Below are positions 47,824-60,823 of a stretch of 64,000 nt of DNA, piece after piece. Position 1 is the stretch's first letter; every line of letters starts with the position of its first letter. The position numbers and the translations under genes were made by a program. A model generated the notes under the pieces. It ran no database searches and was not told the DNA's origin. It saw only the letters and a list, made by a program, of their open reading frames with translations. Origin of the DNA: Escherichia coli (GTDB lineage Bacteria > Pseudomonadota > Gammaproteobacteria > Enterobacterales > Enterobacteriaceae); the NCBI RefSeq assembly GCF_044647545.1, contig NZ_CP172818.1. The stretch is one strand, 5' to 3'.

Positions 47824-48209
47824 TGGGTCTGGTGTGGGGATTATTCAGCGTCATTATTGCCTCAGTTGCGCAATTAAGCCTCGGTTTTGCGGCGAGTCAT
47901 CTGCCGCCGATGACGCACTTATGGGATTTTATCGCGGCGCTGTTAGCTTTTGGCCTGGAGGCACGGATACTGTTGCTTGGGCTGCTGGGTTATCTGCTTT
48001 CCGTTTTTTGTTGGTATAAAACACTACATAAACTTGCACTAAGCAAAGCCTATGCCTTGCTCAGTATGAGTTATGTGCTGGTATGGATTGCTTCAATGGT
48101 ACTTCCCGGCTGGGAAGGAACTTTTTCGCTGAAAGCACTACTGGGAGTAGCCTGTATTATGAGCGGGTTGATGCTGATTTTCCTGCCCACCACAAAACAA
48201 CGTTACTGA
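47823..48209 (+). CDS. arnF: undecaprenyl phosphate-Ara4N flippase subunit
   Basis: Track ORF 47541..48209 trimmed to [30 protein letters not shown] overlap with arnE. Confidence 0.88.
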   Translation: MGLVWGLFSVIIASVAQLSLGFAASHLPPMTHLWDFIAALLAFGLEARILLLGLLGYLLSVFCWYKTLHKLALSKAYALLSMSYVLVWIASMVLPGWEGTFSLKALLGVACIMSGLMLIFLPTTKQRY

Positions 48210-48469
48210 GTTTTCCCAGCCGATTGACACTGCCGTTCCCACTCATCGGGGCTGTAGCTGCTTGCCGAGAGGACTTTCACCGTATGCAGCTTTTCACGAT
48301 TAATACAATAAAGCGCATTCTGCAAAGGCGAGAGTAAATCCCCCACTTTCACGGCGAAGTCACTCTTCACTTCGGCAATCATTTTTATCGTGCCACCAGC
48401 ATCACAAAGCTTAAGTACATGTCTGTTATCTTGTTTATCACAGCATGACTTTTTAACCAGCCATTCCAT
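48203..48469 (-). CDS. pmrD: PmrD connector protein
   Basis: Track ORF 48203..48499 trimmed to [26 protein letters not shown] (88 aa); its 3' end overlaps the arnF 3' end by 7 bp. Confidence 0.88.
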   Translation of the reverse strand: MEWLVKKSCCDKQDNRHVLKLCDAGGTIKMIAEVKSDFAVKVGDLLSPLQNALYCINREKLHTVKVLSASSYSPDEWERQCQSAGKTQ

Positions 48470-48578
48470 TGCACCACCCTGTTTGATAAGAATTTTCACA
48501 TTAATTTACAGATTAACAGATAAACCTATTATCAACGGCAATGGAATGGCAAAATTGCGAAGTGAAACTAATGATTTC

Positions 48579-49934
48579 TTAATCCTGGCGTTGCACCCAC
48601 TCTTTTAGCGCCCGACGTGAAATTTTAATACCGCCGTTTTTCAGTTCTGATGGTAACGTTAACCAACGCACCGGTTGCTGAAAACGAGCCAACTTGTCTT
48701 TCACCCATTCGTCAAGATCAACGGTTTGCTGGTCATACTCCACCACCGCTACTGGCCGATGACCAAACTCCTTGTCGGCAACGGGGACGATAAACACCTG
48801 CAAAACCGCAGGATGTGCAGCAATAACGCGCTCGACTTCTTCCGGCTGAATACCCTCACCGCCACTGAAGAATAGATTGTCTAAACGTCCGACAATGGTC
48901 AGCTTGCCATTATGCATCTCACCGCGATCGCGCGTGGCGTACCAGCCTTCGTCATTAACCAGTGGAACCCGTTGCCCGTTACGCCAGTAACCTTCTGCCA
49001 TACTGGCAGCCCGCAGCCACACTTCATCATTAACGATTTTCACTTCCCGACCCGGCAGCGGCGAACCAACGTCCGCCAGGCCGTCGGCTTCTTTCGCACA
49101 CACCGTGGAGGCAAACTCGGTCAGACCATAGCCGCAAAAGCAACGAATCCCCTGCTCGCGCGCCTGTTCCGTCAACTCGACCGGGATAGCCGCGCCGCCA
49201 AGTAAAACCGCTTTCAGGGAAACGGAACTACGGTTAACCAGCAAACGCCAGAGTTGTGTTGGCACCAGTGAAGCGTGAGTACAGCCTGCCAGCATTTGCT
49301 CCAGGGGCTGTTTATCACGTACCGTCATCCGCGCACCAGCGTATAACCAGCGCCACATAATCCCCTGACCGGAGACGTGAAACAGCGGTAAAGAGAGCAA
49401 CCAGTCATCGTGCTCGCCAAACGGTATCAGCGATAACACACCTTGCGCACTGGCAAGATGGGCCTGATAAGTATGAACAGCGGCTTTCGGCAAACCGGTA
49501 GAGCCGGAGGTCAACGTCATTGAGCACAGACGCGTCGGCTGCCACGCAGCGGCATGTGCGCCTTCAACCAGCTGAATGTGCAGCGACGTTAACGCCGGAA
49601 ACGTGTTTTCCCCATCCGGCACCAGCGCAAATTGCAGCGTCAGATTGGGCAGCAATTCCTCAAGCAACGGTTGCGGCAGTTGAGGGTTCACGGGCAGCAC
49701 CCGCGCCCCGCATTGCAGTAACGCCAGCCAGGCGAGCAGCGTTTGCGGCGTATTCCACGCCCGCAACATCACGCCGCTGCCCTCAACAACGCCCTGTGCC
49801 ACAAAGCCGGAGGCTAATTCATCGACGCGAGCACAAAGCTCGCGCCAGTTAAGTTGCTCGTCATTAAGACGTAAGGCGATGGCTTCTCCCCGCACTTGCC
49901 GCCAGTGACGCCACGGCCAGTCAGAGAAGATCAT
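48579..49934 (-). CDS. menE: o-succinylbenzoate-CoA ligase
   Basis: 451-aa adenylate-forming enzyme (TSGSTGLPK motif). Confidence 0.93.
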   Translation of the reverse strand: MIFSDWPWRHWRQVRGEAIALRLNDEQLNWRELCARVDELASGFVAQGVVEGSGVMLRAWNTPQTLLAWLALLQCGARVLPVNPQLPQPLLEELLPNLTLQFALVPDGENTFPALTSLHIQLVEGAHAAAWQPTRLCSMTLTSGSTGLPKAAVHTYQAHLASAQGVLSLIPFGEHDDWLLSLPLFHVSGQGIMWRWLYAGARMTVRDKQPLEQMLAGCTHASLVPTQLWRLLVNRSSVSLKAVLLGGAAIPVELTEQAREQGIRCFCGYGLTEFASTVCAKEADGLADVGSPLPGREVKIVNDEVWLRAASMAEGYWRNGQRVPLVNDEGWYATRDRGEMHNGKLTIVGRLDNLFFSGGEGIQPEEVERVIAAHPAVLQVFIVPVADKEFGHRPVAVVEYDQQTVDLDEWVKDKLARFQQPVRWLTLPSELKNGGIKISRRALKEWVQRQD

Positions 49935-50893
49935 AACAGCCGCTCCAGTGCATCAACTTCCACTAACGGTAGCGGGCTACCCGGCCAGCGACGAACCTGC
50001 TGCGCCTGCATCAGATCCAGCGTGTCCAGTCCCGGAATGGTGTCTGGCGTTAACCAGGCAGCAATCCGCGCCAGTTGCGTTAGACCTAAGCTCGACTCAA
50101 TGGAAGAACTGATCACCGCCGTCAGCCCCAGCGCGTGCGCCGCCTGCACCTGCTCACGTACTTTCTCCAGGCTACCCGTGAGCGTGGGTTTGATAACTAC
50201 CGCGCGCACGCCCTGTTCAGCGACAAAGGCAAAATCCGGCTCGCGCAGGCTTTCATCCCAAGCAATGGCAATGCCGGTTTCACGGGTAAACGCTCGCGAA
50301 TCATCGCGGGTTTTACACGGCTCTTCGAGAAAAGCAATGCGGTGGCGATAATCCGGGTTAACGTATTTGGCAAACTGCTGGCCTTTCAGCGGCGTCCAGG
50401 CGCGATTCGCGTCAAGACGCAAATGCAGATCAGGAACCGCCTCCAGCAACAGATTGACCACCATGCCGTCGCGCACGGCTTCGTACAATCCCACTTTGAC
50501 CTTCGCCACTTTCTCGCCCGGCATATCGGCAAGTTTGAGGATCAGATCGTCAGGATCGCCATTACACAGTGGTGCCGCACGGTAATTGGCCGCCTGCGGG
50601 AGCGTATCTGCCAGCTCCGCCAATGCACAGCTTACGCCAAAGGCCACGGAAGGCATCTGCGGTAATTCGCAATCGCCTGCCAGCCAGTTATTTACCCAGG
50701 CAAGCAGCACGCTTTGCGCCTCTTCCCAGGTTTCCTGGCTGAAGCCCGGCAGTGGGGAGATCTCCCCCCACCCTTCGCGCTCGCCCTCACGCAGGCAAAC
50801 GTACAGCCCGTCGCGGGTTTTTAACCGCCTGTCGCGCAGAACCACCCCCGCGTCCATGGGGATCTGCCAGCGGTATACCTGCGCGCTACGCAT
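49931..50893 (-). CDS. menC: o-succinylbenzoate synthase
   Basis: 320-aa enolase-superfamily ORF; 4-bp overlap with menE. Confidence 0.93.
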   Translation of the reverse strand: MRSAQVYRWQIPMDAGVVLRDRRLKTRDGLYVCLREGEREGWGEISPLPGFSQETWEEAQSVLLAWVNNWLAGDCELPQMPSVAFGVSCALAELADTLPQAANYRAAPLCNGDPDDLILKLADMPGEKVAKVKVGLYEAVRDGMVVNLLLEAVPDLHLRLDANRAWTPLKGQQFAKYVNPDYRHRIAFLEEPCKTRDDSRAFTRETGIAIAWDESLREPDFAFVAEQGVRAVVIKPTLTGSLEKVREQVQAAHALGLTAVISSSIESSLGLTQLARIAAWLTPDTIPGLDTLDLMQAQQVRRWPGSPLPLVEVDALERLL

Positions 50894-51750
50894 TACGGAT
50901 TCCGTTTAAATTTGCTGAAGTCAGGCTGACGTTTCTGGTTGAAGGCGTTGCGACCTTCCTGACCTTCTTCCGTCATGTAGAACAGCATGGTGGCGTTGCC
51001 CGCCAGCTCCTGCAGACCTGCCTGACCGTCACAGTCGGCGTTCAGTGCAGCTTTCAGGCAGCGCAGCGCCATCGGGCTGTTTTGCAGCATTTCACGGCAC
51101 CAGCGCACGGTTTCTTTTTCCAGATCCGCCAGCGGTACCACGGTGTTTACAAGGCCCATATCCAGCGCCTGTTTTGCGTCGTACTGACGGCACAGGAACC
51201 AGATTTCACGCGCTTTTTTCTGTCCAACAATGCGCGCCATGTAGGAAGCGCCCCAGCCGCCGTCGAAGGAACCGACTTTCGGGCCAGTCTGACCGAAGAT
51301 GGCATTATCTGCCGCGATAGTCAGGTCGCACATCATGTGCAGAACGTGACCGCCGCCGATGGAGTAGCCAGCCACCATCGCGACAACTGGTTTCGGACAG
51401 GTACGAATCTGACGCTGGAAGTCCAGCACGTTCAGGTGATGTACGCCGGAATCATCTTTATAGCCGCCGTAATCACCACGCACTTTCTGGTCACCACCGG
51501 AGCAGAACGCTTTATCGCCTGCGCCAGTCAGAATGATCACGCCGATGTTGTCGTCATAACGCGCATCTGCCAGTGCCTGGATCATCTCTTTTACCGTCAG
51601 AGGACGGAAGGCATTGCGCACCTGCGGACGATTAATGGTGATTTTTGCGATACCGTCGGCAGATTTTTCATAACGAATGTCCTCGAAACCTTCGGAGCAG
51701 TCGTGCCATTCAACCGGTGCGTAAAGCATTGCTTCATCAGGATAAATCAT
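50893..51750 (-). CDS. menB: 1,4-dihydroxy-2-naphthoyl-CoA synthase
   Basis: 285-aa crotonase-fold ORF. Confidence 0.95.
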   Translation of the reverse strand: MIYPDEAMLYAPVEWHDCSEGFEDIRYEKSADGIAKITINRPQVRNAFRPLTVKEMIQALADARYDDNIGVIILTGAGDKAFCSGGDQKVRGDYGGYKDDSGVHHLNVLDFQRQIRTCPKPVVAMVAGYSIGGGHVLHMMCDLTIAADNAIFGQTGPKVGSFDGGWGASYMARIVGQKKAREIWFLCRQYDAKQALDMGLVNTVVPLADLEKETVRWCREMLQNSPMALRCLKAALNADCDGQAGLQELAGNATMLFYMTEEGQEGRNAFNQKRQPDFSKFKRNP

Positions 51751-51764
51751 ATTGTGTCCTTTAG

Positions 51765-52523
51765 TCAGAAACGCAAGATCTGCGCCAGACTTGCGATTAC
51801 GCCAGCGGGATTTTCCCGGTGCGCGTTATGTCCGGCGCGAGGAATGACATGGCATTCGGCAGCCAGTTCCGCCGCCAGAGCGCGGAATTTGCTGTCACGT
51901 TCACCACATAAATAATAAAACGCAAATGTGCGGGCGCTAAGGTTAGCACGTAAATCGGGCTGGACGGCGAGAGAAGTCGCCTCCAGCATGGCGGCAAGCG
52001 TTGCGCCATTATTGTTGCTGCGCAGCGCAACCAGCTCCCGGCGTTGTTCGTCATTGAGTGAGGCAAAAACAGGCTGTTGATACCAATCAGCAAATACCGC
52101 CGTTAACGGTTCTGTGCGAAAACGCTGCGCCCATTGGCGATCGGAACGCTGACGTTGCGTGCGTTGTTCAGCATTTTGCAACCCAGGATGCCCGCCTTCG
52201 ACAACAACCCCACAAAGCCCCGCCAGCCCCTGGCAAGCCGCCATCATCGCCACCCGTCCGCCAAGCGAGTACCCCACCAGCCAGAAGTCAAGGATGTTGT
52301 AACTAACCAAGGTTTTACACAGTAAGCCGGTGACATCATCAAATCCATCGACGCTAATCGCCGCCGAACCACCGTGACCAGGGAGATCAACATACAACCG
52401 TGAGTAGTCGGCAAACACCTCGCCCACTTCTTGCCATTCATGGCAATCGCCGGAAAAACCGTGCAAAAACACCAGCCAGGGTAAACCTGGTTTACCGTGT
52501 TTTGCCTGCGCGTGCAGGATCAT
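51765..52523 (-). CDS. menH: SHCHC synthase (alpha/beta hydrolase)
   Basis: 252-aa ORF with GYSLGG nucleophile elbow. Confidence 0.92.
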   Translation of the reverse strand: MILHAQAKHGKPGLPWLVFLHGFSGDCHEWQEVGEVFADYSRLYVDLPGHGGSAAISVDGFDDVTGLLCKTLVSYNILDFWLVGYSLGGRVAMMAACQGLAGLCGVVVEGGHPGLQNAEQRTQRQRSDRQWAQRFRTEPLTAVFADWYQQPVFASLNDEQRRELVALRSNNNGATLAAMLEATSLAVQPDLRANLSARTFAFYYLCGERDSKFRALAAELAAECHVIPRAGHNAHRENPAGVIASLAQILRF

Positions 52524-54190
52524 AAATGGCTTACCTGCGCCAGCAGTTGCTGGAGGGTTTGCGCACCATCGGTGTCGTTAACCACCATTTCAATTACCGT
52601 GGTGGTCGGCGTGCGCCAGGCGTCGGCAAGTGCCGTTTCAAGTTCCTGCCAGTTTTGCGGACGATGATATTTCAGCTCGAACATCGCGGCGGCGTGCTCA
52701 AAATGGACGTTTTGCGGCATCAGATAGAAACGCTCGCGCTCGTTTTTCGGCGTTGGCAACAGCGAGAAAATTTGCCCGCCGTTGTTGTTCACCACAATTA
52801 ATACCAGCGGCGCGGAAACCTGACGTAATAACGCCAGCGCGTTGAGATCGTAAAGAGCTGAGAGATCGCCCACAATCGCCAGCGTCGGTTTGCCGCTTGC
52901 CCGCTGAACGCCTGCGGCGGTCGAGAGCAGCCCGTCGATACCGCTGGCACCACGGTTGCTGTACACCGGGTAACCTGCCGGAAGTTGCGAAAGCGCATCA
53001 ATCAGACGTACCACCAGGCTGTTACCGACAAACAATTGCCCCTGTTCAGGCAGATAGTCGCTGATGCGATGCGCCAGTTGGGCTTCGCCAAACGCATCGC
53101 GACGGGCAATAACCGCCTGCATTGCCTGTTCCGCCAGGCGCGGGATTTCAACGCACCAGGGCTGGCGTTTTTCTGCCGGATGTTGCTCCAGCCAGTCGGC
53201 AATATTGGCAATTAAGCGACGTCCGCGATGGTGTGCCGGATCAAGTCGCCCTTCAATGTCATCAACAATCCAGTACTCTTCGGGTTCACAGCTTGCCTGC
53301 CATTGCAGGAGCCGTTTGCCCGTCAGGCTGCTTCCCAGTTGCACCACAATTTGCGCCTGTTGCAGTTCGCTGGTCGCTTTGGCATTGCCTAACCAGAGAT
53401 CGGCACACGGCAGCGGCTGTCCGGTTTGCGACAGCACATCGCCAATCAGCGGCCAGCCAAGAGTTTGCGCCCACAGTGCGACTTTTTTGCCCTCTTCCGC
53501 ACTCATGCGCCCGGCAACCACCACGCCGCGCTTTTGTCGCCAGAAGAACCAGTCGCGCTGTTTTTCACTTTCCAGACGAGGCGCTTCACGCAGCCACGGC
53601 TTATCGTCCTGCCACCAGTCGCCCAGACGCTGTTGCCAGCTAAGCCCGGTGTCGTCCATTTCGCCATACAGCGGTTCGGCAAACGGACAGTTGATATGGA
53701 CTCCACCAGCATGAAGCGTACCGAGAGCGTGGTCGATGGTAGAAACCAGCCAACGTGCGGGGATATCCTGGGTCGGGCGCGGCAATGAAATACTGTGCGT
53801 GGGGTGAGAGGCGAACATTCCCGGCTGACGAATCGCCTGATTCGCGCCGCAGTCAATGAGCTCCGGCGGGCGATCGGCGGTTAACAGGATCAGTTTTTCT
53901 CCGGTTAACCCGGCTTCAATCAGTGCCGGATAGAGATTTGCTACCGCCGTGCCGGAGGTCACAATCACAGCCACCGGCTGCTTGCTGACTTTCGCCAGCC
54001 CCAGCGCCAGATGCCCCAGTCCACGCTCATCGAAATGGGTGTGGTGAATGAATGCGGAATTCTCCGCCGCCGCTAACGTTAACGGTGTAGAACGCGAGCC
54101 AGGGGCGATACAGATGTGTCTGACGCCGTGACGCGTTAATGCTTCCAGAATGACCGCCGCCCAGCGTCGGTTAAATGCGCTTACTGACAT
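52520..54190 (-). CDS. menD: SEPHCHC synthase (ThDP-dependent)
   Basis: Track ORF 52520..54541 trimmed to [23 protein letters not shown] (556 aa); the longer ORF runs into menF in another frame. Confidence 0.93.
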   Translation of the reverse strand: MSVSAFNRRWAAVILEALTRHGVRHICIAPGSRSTPLTLAAAENSAFIHHTHFDERGLGHLALGLAKVSKQPVAVIVTSGTAVANLYPALIEAGLTGEKLILLTADRPPELIDCGANQAIRQPGMFASHPTHSISLPRPTQDIPARWLVSTIDHALGTLHAGGVHINCPFAEPLYGEMDDTGLSWQQRLGDWWQDDKPWLREAPRLESEKQRDWFFWRQKRGVVVAGRMSAEEGKKVALWAQTLGWPLIGDVLSQTGQPLPCADLWLGNAKATSELQQAQIVVQLGSSLTGKRLLQWQASCEPEEYWIVDDIEGRLDPAHHRGRRLIANIADWLEQHPAEKRQPWCVEIPRLAEQAMQAVIARRDAFGEAQLAHRISDYLPEQGQLFVGNSLVVRLIDALSQLPAGYPVYSNRGASGIDGLLSTAAGVQRASGKPTLAIVGDLSALYDLNALALLRQVSAPLVLIVVNNNGGQIFSLLPTPKNERERFYLMPQNVHFEHAAAMFELKYHRPQNWQELETALADAWRTPTTTVIEMVVNDTDGAQTLQQLLAQVSHL

Positions 54191-54278
54191 GAGTTTGTCC
54201 GGTATCAATATTGCGGCTAAGTATAAGGAGCTACAAAAATAGATTATTGATATGAATCGGTAATGATGCGACTCATTA

Positions 54279-55574
54279 CTATTCCATTTGTAATAAAGTA
54301 CGCAGCCCTGCCGCTTTGTTGTCGATTTCCTGCCACTCTTGCTCGGGGTCGGAACCACGGACAATGCCCGCGCCAGCATATAGCCGCACGACATTGCCGC
54401 TAATTTTTGCTGAGCGCAGGGAAACGCAGAATTCGCTTTGTTGTAATGAGAGATAGCCCGCAGAACCGGCGTACCATTCTCGGGTGAACGGTTCGTGACG
54501 GGCGATAAACTGTCGCGCCAGATCGCGCGGTAAGCCAGCAACTGCTGCCGTTGGCTGCAACTGATGTAAACAGATCACATCATCCGCTTTGTTGAGTGCA
54601 GTCCAGATACAGCGGCGAAGATGCTGCACTTTACGCAGACGCAGTACCTGCGGCGGTAAAACATCCAACGTCTGGGTATCGGCCTGCAATCGTTGGCAGA
54701 TATCCTCCACCACCAACATGTTCTCGCGCTGGTTTTTATCATCCGCCATCAGCCACTCACCCAACCGCTGCGCCTGCTTATCATCAGGATGATTTGCTAC
54801 CGTTCCCGCCAGCGCTTCAGTACGCAGCGCTTTGTCACGCCGCCGCCATAATCGTTCCGGTGAAGAGCCAAGAAAAGCATTTTCGCCATCAAAGGCCATG
54901 TAAAAATGGTAGCAATTCAGATTCAGTCGACGACTGGCAGCCATCATCGCCGCCGCATTGACCGGACTTGCGAAATGCAGGTCAGTTGCCCGAGCAAGCA
55001 CCACTTTGTCGAGCTCACCTTCGGCGATGGTTTTCGTTGCCAGTTCGATTAATTGCGTCCACCCCGTTTTGTCCGGCCAGTGTTGTTCTCGGGTGGTGGT
55101 TAAATGTAACCCAGGCAAGGGTTTAATACTCACCAGTGTGGCGATAAATTCTTTTGCCTTAATCGCATCATGCTGAAGGGATCTTTCGCTGAATAGCGTC
55201 AGCCGCAGCGTGGCTTTACCGCCACAGCGTCGCCATTCCAGGCGTGGTAAAAGTAAATTGCCCTGCGACGGGTCAAACGCATTCAACCCCCAGATGCGTA
55301 AGTCGGCGTGTTCCGGGTGCTGGCGAAGAAAACGTTGTGCCTGGTCCAACGACGTAAAACGGGTTATCGCACCCAGGACGGCAGCTTCTTCATCACCATT
55401 ACGTTGTTGCCAGTAGAATTGCGGATACACCTGCTGACTGGCCAGCCAGCTCAAGGCATCAAAAGCGTCTTTGAGAGGGAAAGGAATATCGATAACCCGA
55501 ATGCCGGGTGTCGCCGGAATCTCTTGCGACAAATGGCGCAGTAGATTTTCCAGCGCCGTAGTAAGTGATTGCAC
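54279..55574 (-). CDS. menF: isochorismate synthase (menaquinone-specific)
   Basis: 431-aa chorismate-binding-enzyme ORF. Confidence 0.92.
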   Translation of the reverse strand: MQSLTTALENLLRHLSQEIPATPGIRVIDIPFPLKDAFDALSWLASQQVYPQFYWQQRNGDEEAAVLGAITRFTSLDQAQRFLRQHPEHADLRIWGLNAFDPSQGNLLLPRLEWRRCGGKATLRLTLFSERSLQHDAIKAKEFIATLVSIKPLPGLHLTTTREQHWPDKTGWTQLIELATKTIAEGELDKVVLARATDLHFASPVNAAAMMAASRRLNLNCYHFYMAFDGENAFLGSSPERLWRRRDKALRTEALAGTVANHPDDKQAQRLGEWLMADDKNQRENMLVVEDICQRLQADTQTLDVLPPQVLRLRKVQHLRRCIWTALNKADDVICLHQLQPTAAVAGLPRDLARQFIARHEPFTREWYAGSAGYLSLQQSEFCVSLRSAKISGNVVRLYAGAGIVRGSDPEQEWQEIDNKAAGLRTLLQME

Positions 55575-55652
55575 GCGGACCTCTCCCTGTTAAAAGCCTC
55601 ACATTATACGGGGTACGACAAAAAAAATGCAGTACCCCGGTGTAGGGAGGTT

Positions 55653-55958
55653 TTAACGGCGTGCCAGCAACAGTCCTAGTACCAGCCCAACGGCCGCACC
55701 CACACCAATTCCTTGCCAGGGTTTTTCGTGGACGTAGTCATCAGCACGATAAACTGCCTGCTTCGCCCGATAGTAATAACTGTCTGAAGCCTGGCTAACC
55801 CGTTTTTTCACATCATCCAGCGCTTTTTCTGCACGCGCTTTCAGCTCAACATATTTCTGATCGGCGGGATCGCCAGAGGAGCGGAGCACCTCTTCCAGTG
55901 TTTCACTAAGCAGCGTCAGGTCGTCATCGATACGTGTATCACCAAACTGATTAGACAT
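55653..55958 (-). CDS. elaB: ribosome-associated tail-anchored inner-membrane protein
   Basis: 101-aa ORF with C-terminal TM (GVGAAVGLVLGLLLARR). Confidence 0.88.
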   Translation of the reverse strand: MSNQFGDTRIDDDLTLLSETLEEVLRSSGDPADQKYVELKARAEKALDDVKKRVSQASDSYYYRAKQAVYRADDYVHEKPWQGIGVGAAVGLVLGLLLARR

Positions 55959-56012
55959 TCTCGTTCTCCATTTGCGTAAAACCTGTCACTAACTATAGAC
56001 AATGGTTATTGA

Positions 56013-56474
56013 TTACGCCTGAATTACCTCGCGTGCCATCCCAATGTGTGGGATACCATCTTCTTCATAGACCTCCGTCACAGGGATAAAGCCAAAACTC
56101 TGGTAGAAGTTTTGCAGATGCGCCTGCGCCCCGAGGTAAACAGGTTTATCAGGCCAGTGACGCGTACATGTTTCGAGTGTTTTACTCATCAGCTGCTGCC
56201 CCACTTTTTCGCCACGCAACGCTTCACTGACAATCACCCGACCAATAACGACCGGCTCAAGATCATCATCACTTTTCAGAATCCTCGCATACGCCACCAG
56301 TTCATCATTTTTCCAACCGAGAATATGGCGATTATCCCTCGTCAAATCATCACCATCGATATCCTGATAAGGGCAATTCTGCTCAACAACAAAAACCGCG
56401 CAACGCAGTTGTAATAAGGCATAAAGCTGGGAAACCGATAATTCAGAGTGATGCAGATCTTGCCATTCAATCAT
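56013..56474 (-). CDS. elaA: GNAT-family N-acetyltransferase
   Basis: 153-aa ORF recognised as ElaA. Confidence 0.88.
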   Translation of the reverse strand: MIEWQDLHHSELSVSQLYALLQLRCAVFVVEQNCPYQDIDGDDLTRDNRHILGWKNDELVAYARILKSDDDLEPVVIGRVIVSEALRGEKVGQQLMSKTLETCTRHWPDKPVYLGAQAHLQNFYQSFGFIPVTEVYEEDGIPHIGMAREVIQA

Positions 56475-56538
56475 AATGCTCTCCTTTTAGATGTATGCCT
56501 TATACTAGCCGGAATATTTTTTGAAACGTGATGAACTC

Positions 56539-57456
56539 ATGGAATTAATTTTTTTAGGTACTTCAGCCGGTGTGCCAACCCGTACGCGCAATGTCACGGC
56601 AATATTGCTTAACCTGCAACATCCGACCCAGAGCGGTCTTTGGTTGTTTGACTGCGGTGAAGGCACCCAGCATCAGCTACTGCATACCGCCTTTAACCCT
56701 GGAAAACTGGACAAGATTTTTATCAGTCACCTTCATGGCGATCATCTCTTTGGTTTACCCGGCTTGCTGTGCAGTCGTTCTATGTCTGGTATTGTCCAAC
56801 CCTTAACGATTTATGGTCCGCAAGGTATCCGTGAATTTGTGGAGACCGCGCTGCGGATTAGCGGCTCATGGACCGATTATCCGCTGGAAATTGTCGAAAT
56901 TGGCGCTGGCGAAATTTTCGATGATGGCCTGCGCAAAGTGACCGCTTATCCGCTGGAACACCCACTGGAATGCTATGGCTATCGTATTGAAGAACATGAT
57001 AAACCGGGTGCATTAAATGCCCAGGCATTAAAAGCTGCTGGCGTACCGCCTGGCCCACTGTTTCAGGAATTAAAAGCGGGCAAAACAATCATGCTGGAAG
57101 ATGGAAGGCAGATTAACGGCGCAGATTACTTAGCCGCTCCAGTACCAGGTAAAGCGCTCGCTATTTTCGGCGATACCGGCCCCTGCGATGCCGCACTTGA
57201 CCTGGCTAAAGGTGTCGATGTCATGGTGCACGAAGCGACGCTGGATATAACCATGGAAGCCAAAGCCAATAGTCGCGGTCATAGCTCTACACGCCAGGCT
57301 GCGACACTGGCCCGTGAGGCTGGAGTCGGTAAGCTAATCATTACCCACGTCAGCTCGCGCTATGATGACAAAGGTTGTCAGCACCTGTTACGTGAATGCA
57401 GGTCAATTTTCCCGGCGACTGAACTAGCGAATGATTTCACCGTGTTTAACGTTTAA
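56539..57456 (+). CDS. rbn: ribonuclease BN / RNase Z (metallo-beta-lactamase fold)
   Basis: Track ORF 56521..57456 trimmed to [14 protein letters not shown]; HxHxDH zinc motif (SHLHGDH). Confidence 0.9.
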   Translation: MELIFLGTSAGVPTRTRNVTAILLNLQHPTQSGLWLFDCGEGTQHQLLHTAFNPGKLDKIFISHLHGDHLFGLPGLLCSRSMSGIVQPLTIYGPQGIREFVETALRISGSWTDYPLEIVEIGAGEIFDDGLRKVTAYPLEHPLECYGYRIEEHDKPGALNAQALKAAGVPPGPLFQELKAGKTIMLEDGRQINGADYLAAPVPGKALAIFGDTGPCDAALDLAKGVDVMVHEATLDITMEAKANSRGHSSTRQAATLAREAGVGKLIITHVSSRYDDKGCQHLLRECRSIFPATELANDFTVFNV

Positions 57457-57646
57457 CTCTGCTTATTATTAAAAACAGGGCGAAACTTGCCCTGTTATCG
57501 CAACCCGCGCTACATATATCCCCCCACACGGGCATATTGAGCGATTTTTGATATTTATTCATCTCCTTACGCACTATATTCAGAGCAATAAGTTGCCTCT
57601 TTTTATCTTCATTCAGCACAACCTTTGCAACTAAAAGGAGCCTATA

Positions 57647-58855
57647 ATGGTTACAGTTGTCAGCAATTATTGTCAATTATCTCAAACCCAACTCAGTCAG
57701 ACATTTGCAGAAAAATTTACTGTGACCGATGAATTACTGCAGTCTTTAAAAAAAACAGCGTTATCCGGAGATGAAGAAAGTATTGAGTTACTGCATAACA
57801 TTGCGTTAGGTTATGATGAATTTGGGAAAAAAGCTGAAGATATTCTTTACCATATTGTTATAAACCCAACAAATGAAACCCTATCGATTATCCGACTTAT
57901 TAAAAATGCCTGTTTAAAATTATATAATTTGGCACATACCGCAACCAAACACCCCCTCAAATCACATGATTCAGATGATCTCCTGTTCAAAAAACTATTC
58001 TCCCCTTCGAAATTAATGACAATTATCGGTGAGGACATTCCTCTTATATCAGAAAAACAGTCGCTTTCAAAGGTACTTTTAAATGATAAGAATAATGAAC
58101 TGAGCGATGGGACAAACTTCTGGGATAAAAATCGTCAATTAACCACGGATGAAATAGATTGCTATCTTCAGAAGATCGCCGCTAGTGCAAAAAATACTCA
58201 AGTCAATTATCCTACTGGTCTCTACCTCCCCGATTCCAACAGCACTTACCTGGAAATCGCTCTCAATGATAATATTAAGAGCGATCCATCATGGCCGAAA
58301 GAAGTCCAGTTATTCCCCATAAATACTGGCGGACACTGGATATTAGTTTCGCTACAAAAAATAGTTAATGAAAAAAATAACACACAACAAATAAAATGCG
58401 TCATATTCAACTCATTACGTGCACTAGGCCATGATAACGAAAATTCACTTAAGCGTATCATTAATAGTTTTAATTCTGAACTCATAGGAGAAATGTCGAA
58501 TAATAATATAAAAGTTCATTTAACTGAACCCGAGATAATATTTTTACATGCCGATCTTCAGCAATATTTAAGCCAAAGTTGCGGTGCATTTGTGTGCATG
58601 GCAGCCCAGGAAGTGATTGAACAAAGGGAAAGCAATTCTGACAGCGCTCCCTATACGTTATTAAAAAACTATGCTGACAGATTTAAAAAATATTCAGCAG
58701 AAGAGCAGTACGAAATTGATTTTCAACATCGACAGGCAAACAGAAATTGTTATTTAGATAAATATGGCGATGCAAATATCAATCATTATTATAGAAACTT
58801 AGAAATAAAATATTCACACCCCCAAAATAAAGCATCAGGAAAAAGAGTAAGTTAA
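57647..58855 (+). CDS. elaD: deubiquitinase-like cysteine protease (CE clan)
   Basis: 402-aa Asn/Lys-rich, AT-rich ORF recognised as ElaD. Confidence 0.85.
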   Translation: MVTVVSNYCQLSQTQLSQTFAEKFTVTDELLQSLKKTALSGDEESIELLHNIALGYDEFGKKAEDILYHIVINPTNETLSIIRLIKNACLKLYNLAHTATKHPLKSHDSDDLLFKKLFSPSKLMTIIGEDIPLISEKQSLSKVLLNDKNNELSDGTNFWDKNRQLTTDEIDCYLQKIAASAKNTQVNYPTGLYLPDSNSTYLEIALNDNIKSDPSWPKEVQLFPINTGGHWILVSLQKIVNEKNNTQQIKCVIFNSLRALGHDNENSLKRIINSFNSELIGEMSNNNIKVHLTEPEIIFLHADLQQYLSQSCGAFVCMAAQEVIEQRESNSDSAPYTLLKNYADRFKKYSAEEQYEIDFQHRQANRNCYLDKYGDANINHYYRNLEIKYSHPQNKASGKRVS

Positions 58856-58863
58856 CATCATTG

Positions 58864-58895
58864 TTAATTAATTCGACCAGTCAGTAAATATGCTG
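58864..58895. terminator. bidirectional hairpin between convergent elaD and yfbK
   Basis: tcgaccagtcag-taaatatg-ctgactggtcga, 12-bp perfect stem. Confidence 0.55.
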
Positions 58896-58925
58896 ACTGG
58901 TCGAACATAGTTTGCTAAAAAGTCA

Positions 58926-60692
58926 TCACTGACTGATGTCAGTCACACCACCCGCCAGTTCAACCAGGCGAATAAATTCCGCCCTGTAACCCTGTTGATC
59001 TTCCCCTTTTGCCTGCTGAGCCCACTGTTTTATCTGCTGCCATGAGATTTCGTCCAGGTATTCAGAACCGCGTAACTTTTGCCCATATGCAGCTACTGCT
59101 GCGCGAAAACGCATATCTTCAGAGGGCGCGTTTATTGTTGGCCCCAGCGGGAATTCAACTAACTGACTTTCTTTTCCCTGCGGGTATTTCCAACGAATCT
59201 TTAACCAGGCAAGTTCTTTTGTTTTGTCCGATTTCGCTGATTTGTTATCCGGGGCATAGCGTAACTTATCAATTGATGCTTTTTGCCCTTTCAGCGTTAA
59301 TTCGAATAACAACGTTATATGTTTACCTGCGCCAATATCACCCGCATCAACGTTGTCGTTATTAAAATCTTCCGCCCGAAGTTGGCGCTTTTCATAACCA
59401 ATCTGACGGTATTCCGTTACCCACGCGGGGTTAAACTCAATTTGCGCTTTGACATCTTTTGCTACGCTAATCAACGTCTGCCGCATTTCACTGTTCAATA
59501 CTTTCTGTGCTTCAGCGAGGGTATCAATGTAGCTGTAGTTACCGTTGCCAACATCGGCGATTCGCACCATCATTGCCTCGTTGTAATTGCTATCCCCCAC
59601 GCCAAACGTGGACAGAGAAACACCGGACTCCCGCTGTTTTTTGACCATTGATTCAATCGATTTAGGATCGTCAATGCCGACGTTAAAATCACCATCAGTG
59701 GCCAATAAAATGCGATTGATGCCACCCTTAATAAACCCCTTCGCCGCCTGCTGATAAGCCAGTTCCAGCCCGGCACCGCCATTGGTACTGCCATCGGCAT
59801 CCAGCGAATCAATTGCGGCATTAATTTCCGCCTTGTGACTCCCGGAGATAGAAGGCAACGCAATACGGGAGTCGCCAGCGTAGGTCACGATGGCAATGTT
59901 ATCCTGCTCACGAAGTTCTTTGACCAATAATTTCAACGAAGACTGGATAAGAGGCAAACGTTCATAAGAAATCATTGAACCAGAAGTGTCGATAAGAAAG
60001 ACCAGATTAGAAGCTGGTAACTCTTCACTTTTGCGATCTTTCGCCAGGATATCAACTTTCAGCAATGTTCGCTGTTCATTCCACGGCGCAGGTGCCAGTT
60101 CGTAGCGCATAGCGAAAGGTATTGGCTTACTGGCGGGAACAGGTTCTTTATTATTGCTTTTATCATTAATAACCCAGTCTGACGGAAAATAATTCACCAT
60201 CTCCTCCACCCGCACTGCATCTGGCGGAGGCAACTGCCCATGATTGAGAAAACGGCGTACATTCGCATAACTGCCGGTGTCGACGTCAAGGCTAAATGTC
60301 GCCAACGGGTTTTGCGCTACCTGCTTAACCGGATTATCATCGAACTGCTGATAGCGAGCGGTTCCTGGATTTGCGATTTGGGAGGCTGCTTTTTCTCTGG
60401 CTGCATGTTGATATTTTGGAGCCGCCTGTAAGCGCCCCTGCAAAGCCTGTTTGTCTGAATATTGTTGCGCTTCTTGCTGGGCTAAGGCTTTTGCTTTCGC
60501 GTCTGCAGTGGCTTTAGCGGCGACGGATCTTTGCTCGGCCTCTTTTATTGCAGCATGTTGCGCGGCAAGCACTTGCTGGTCTGTGGGAGTACTGGGTTGT
60601 TGTTGCAGACTTTCCTTATTCTCAGATTCCGGCCCACATCCTGACAAAATCAAACTACTCATAAGCAACATGATTATATTTTTATTTCGCAT
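58926..60692 (-). CDS. yfbK: von Willebrand factor A domain lipoprotein
   Basis: 588-aa ORF with lipoprotein signal peptide and lipobox (LILSGC), VWA MIDAS motif DTSGSM, Gln/Ala-rich coiled linker. Start taken from the full ORF; a downstream start is possible. Confidence 0.8.
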   Translation of the reverse strand: MRNKNIIMLLMSSLILSGCGPESENKESLQQQPSTPTDQQVLAAQHAAIKEAEQRSVAAKATADAKAKALAQQEAQQYSDKQALQGRLQAAPKYQHAAREKAASQIANPGTARYQQFDDNPVKQVAQNPLATFSLDVDTGSYANVRRFLNHGQLPPPDAVRVEEMVNYFPSDWVINDKSNNKEPVPASKPIPFAMRYELAPAPWNEQRTLLKVDILAKDRKSEELPASNLVFLIDTSGSMISYERLPLIQSSLKLLVKELREQDNIAIVTYAGDSRIALPSISGSHKAEINAAIDSLDADGSTNGGAGLELAYQQAAKGFIKGGINRILLATDGDFNVGIDDPKSIESMVKKQRESGVSLSTFGVGDSNYNEAMMVRIADVGNGNYSYIDTLAEAQKVLNSEMRQTLISVAKDVKAQIEFNPAWVTEYRQIGYEKRQLRAEDFNNDNVDAGDIGAGKHITLLFELTLKGQKASIDKLRYAPDNKSAKSDKTKELAWLKIRWKYPQGKESQLVEFPLGPTINAPSEDMRFRAAVAAYGQKLRGSEYLDEISWQQIKQWAQQAKGEDQQGYRAEFIRLVELAGGVTDISQ

Positions 60693-60823
60693 ATAAAATC
60701 CTTTTAAATAAACTCAGGCACCAGACATAAAATACACTCTTTGTATCATCCTGCTGATCTTGATAAAATACAATATCGAAACCAATAACAAATAATGATT
60801 CAATAACGCAACCCATTAATAAT

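Noticed and set aside
48470..48578. PhoP box upstream of pmrD
   Set aside because: Only a partial match to (T/G)GTTTA-N5-(T/G)GTTTA is visible (ggtttatctgttaatct on the pmrD strand); too weak to call without a matrix scan.
54191..54541. Upstream extension of menD (track ORF of 673 aa)
   Set aside because: It overlaps menF in a different frame; the conserved MenD N-terminus [10 protein letters not shown] is at 54190.
55575..55652. Hairpin between menF start and elaB stop as an elaB terminator
   Set aside because: The palindrome cggggtac...gtaccccg is present, but the A-run sits in the loop rather than flanking the stem, so it does not look like a canonical intrinsic terminator.
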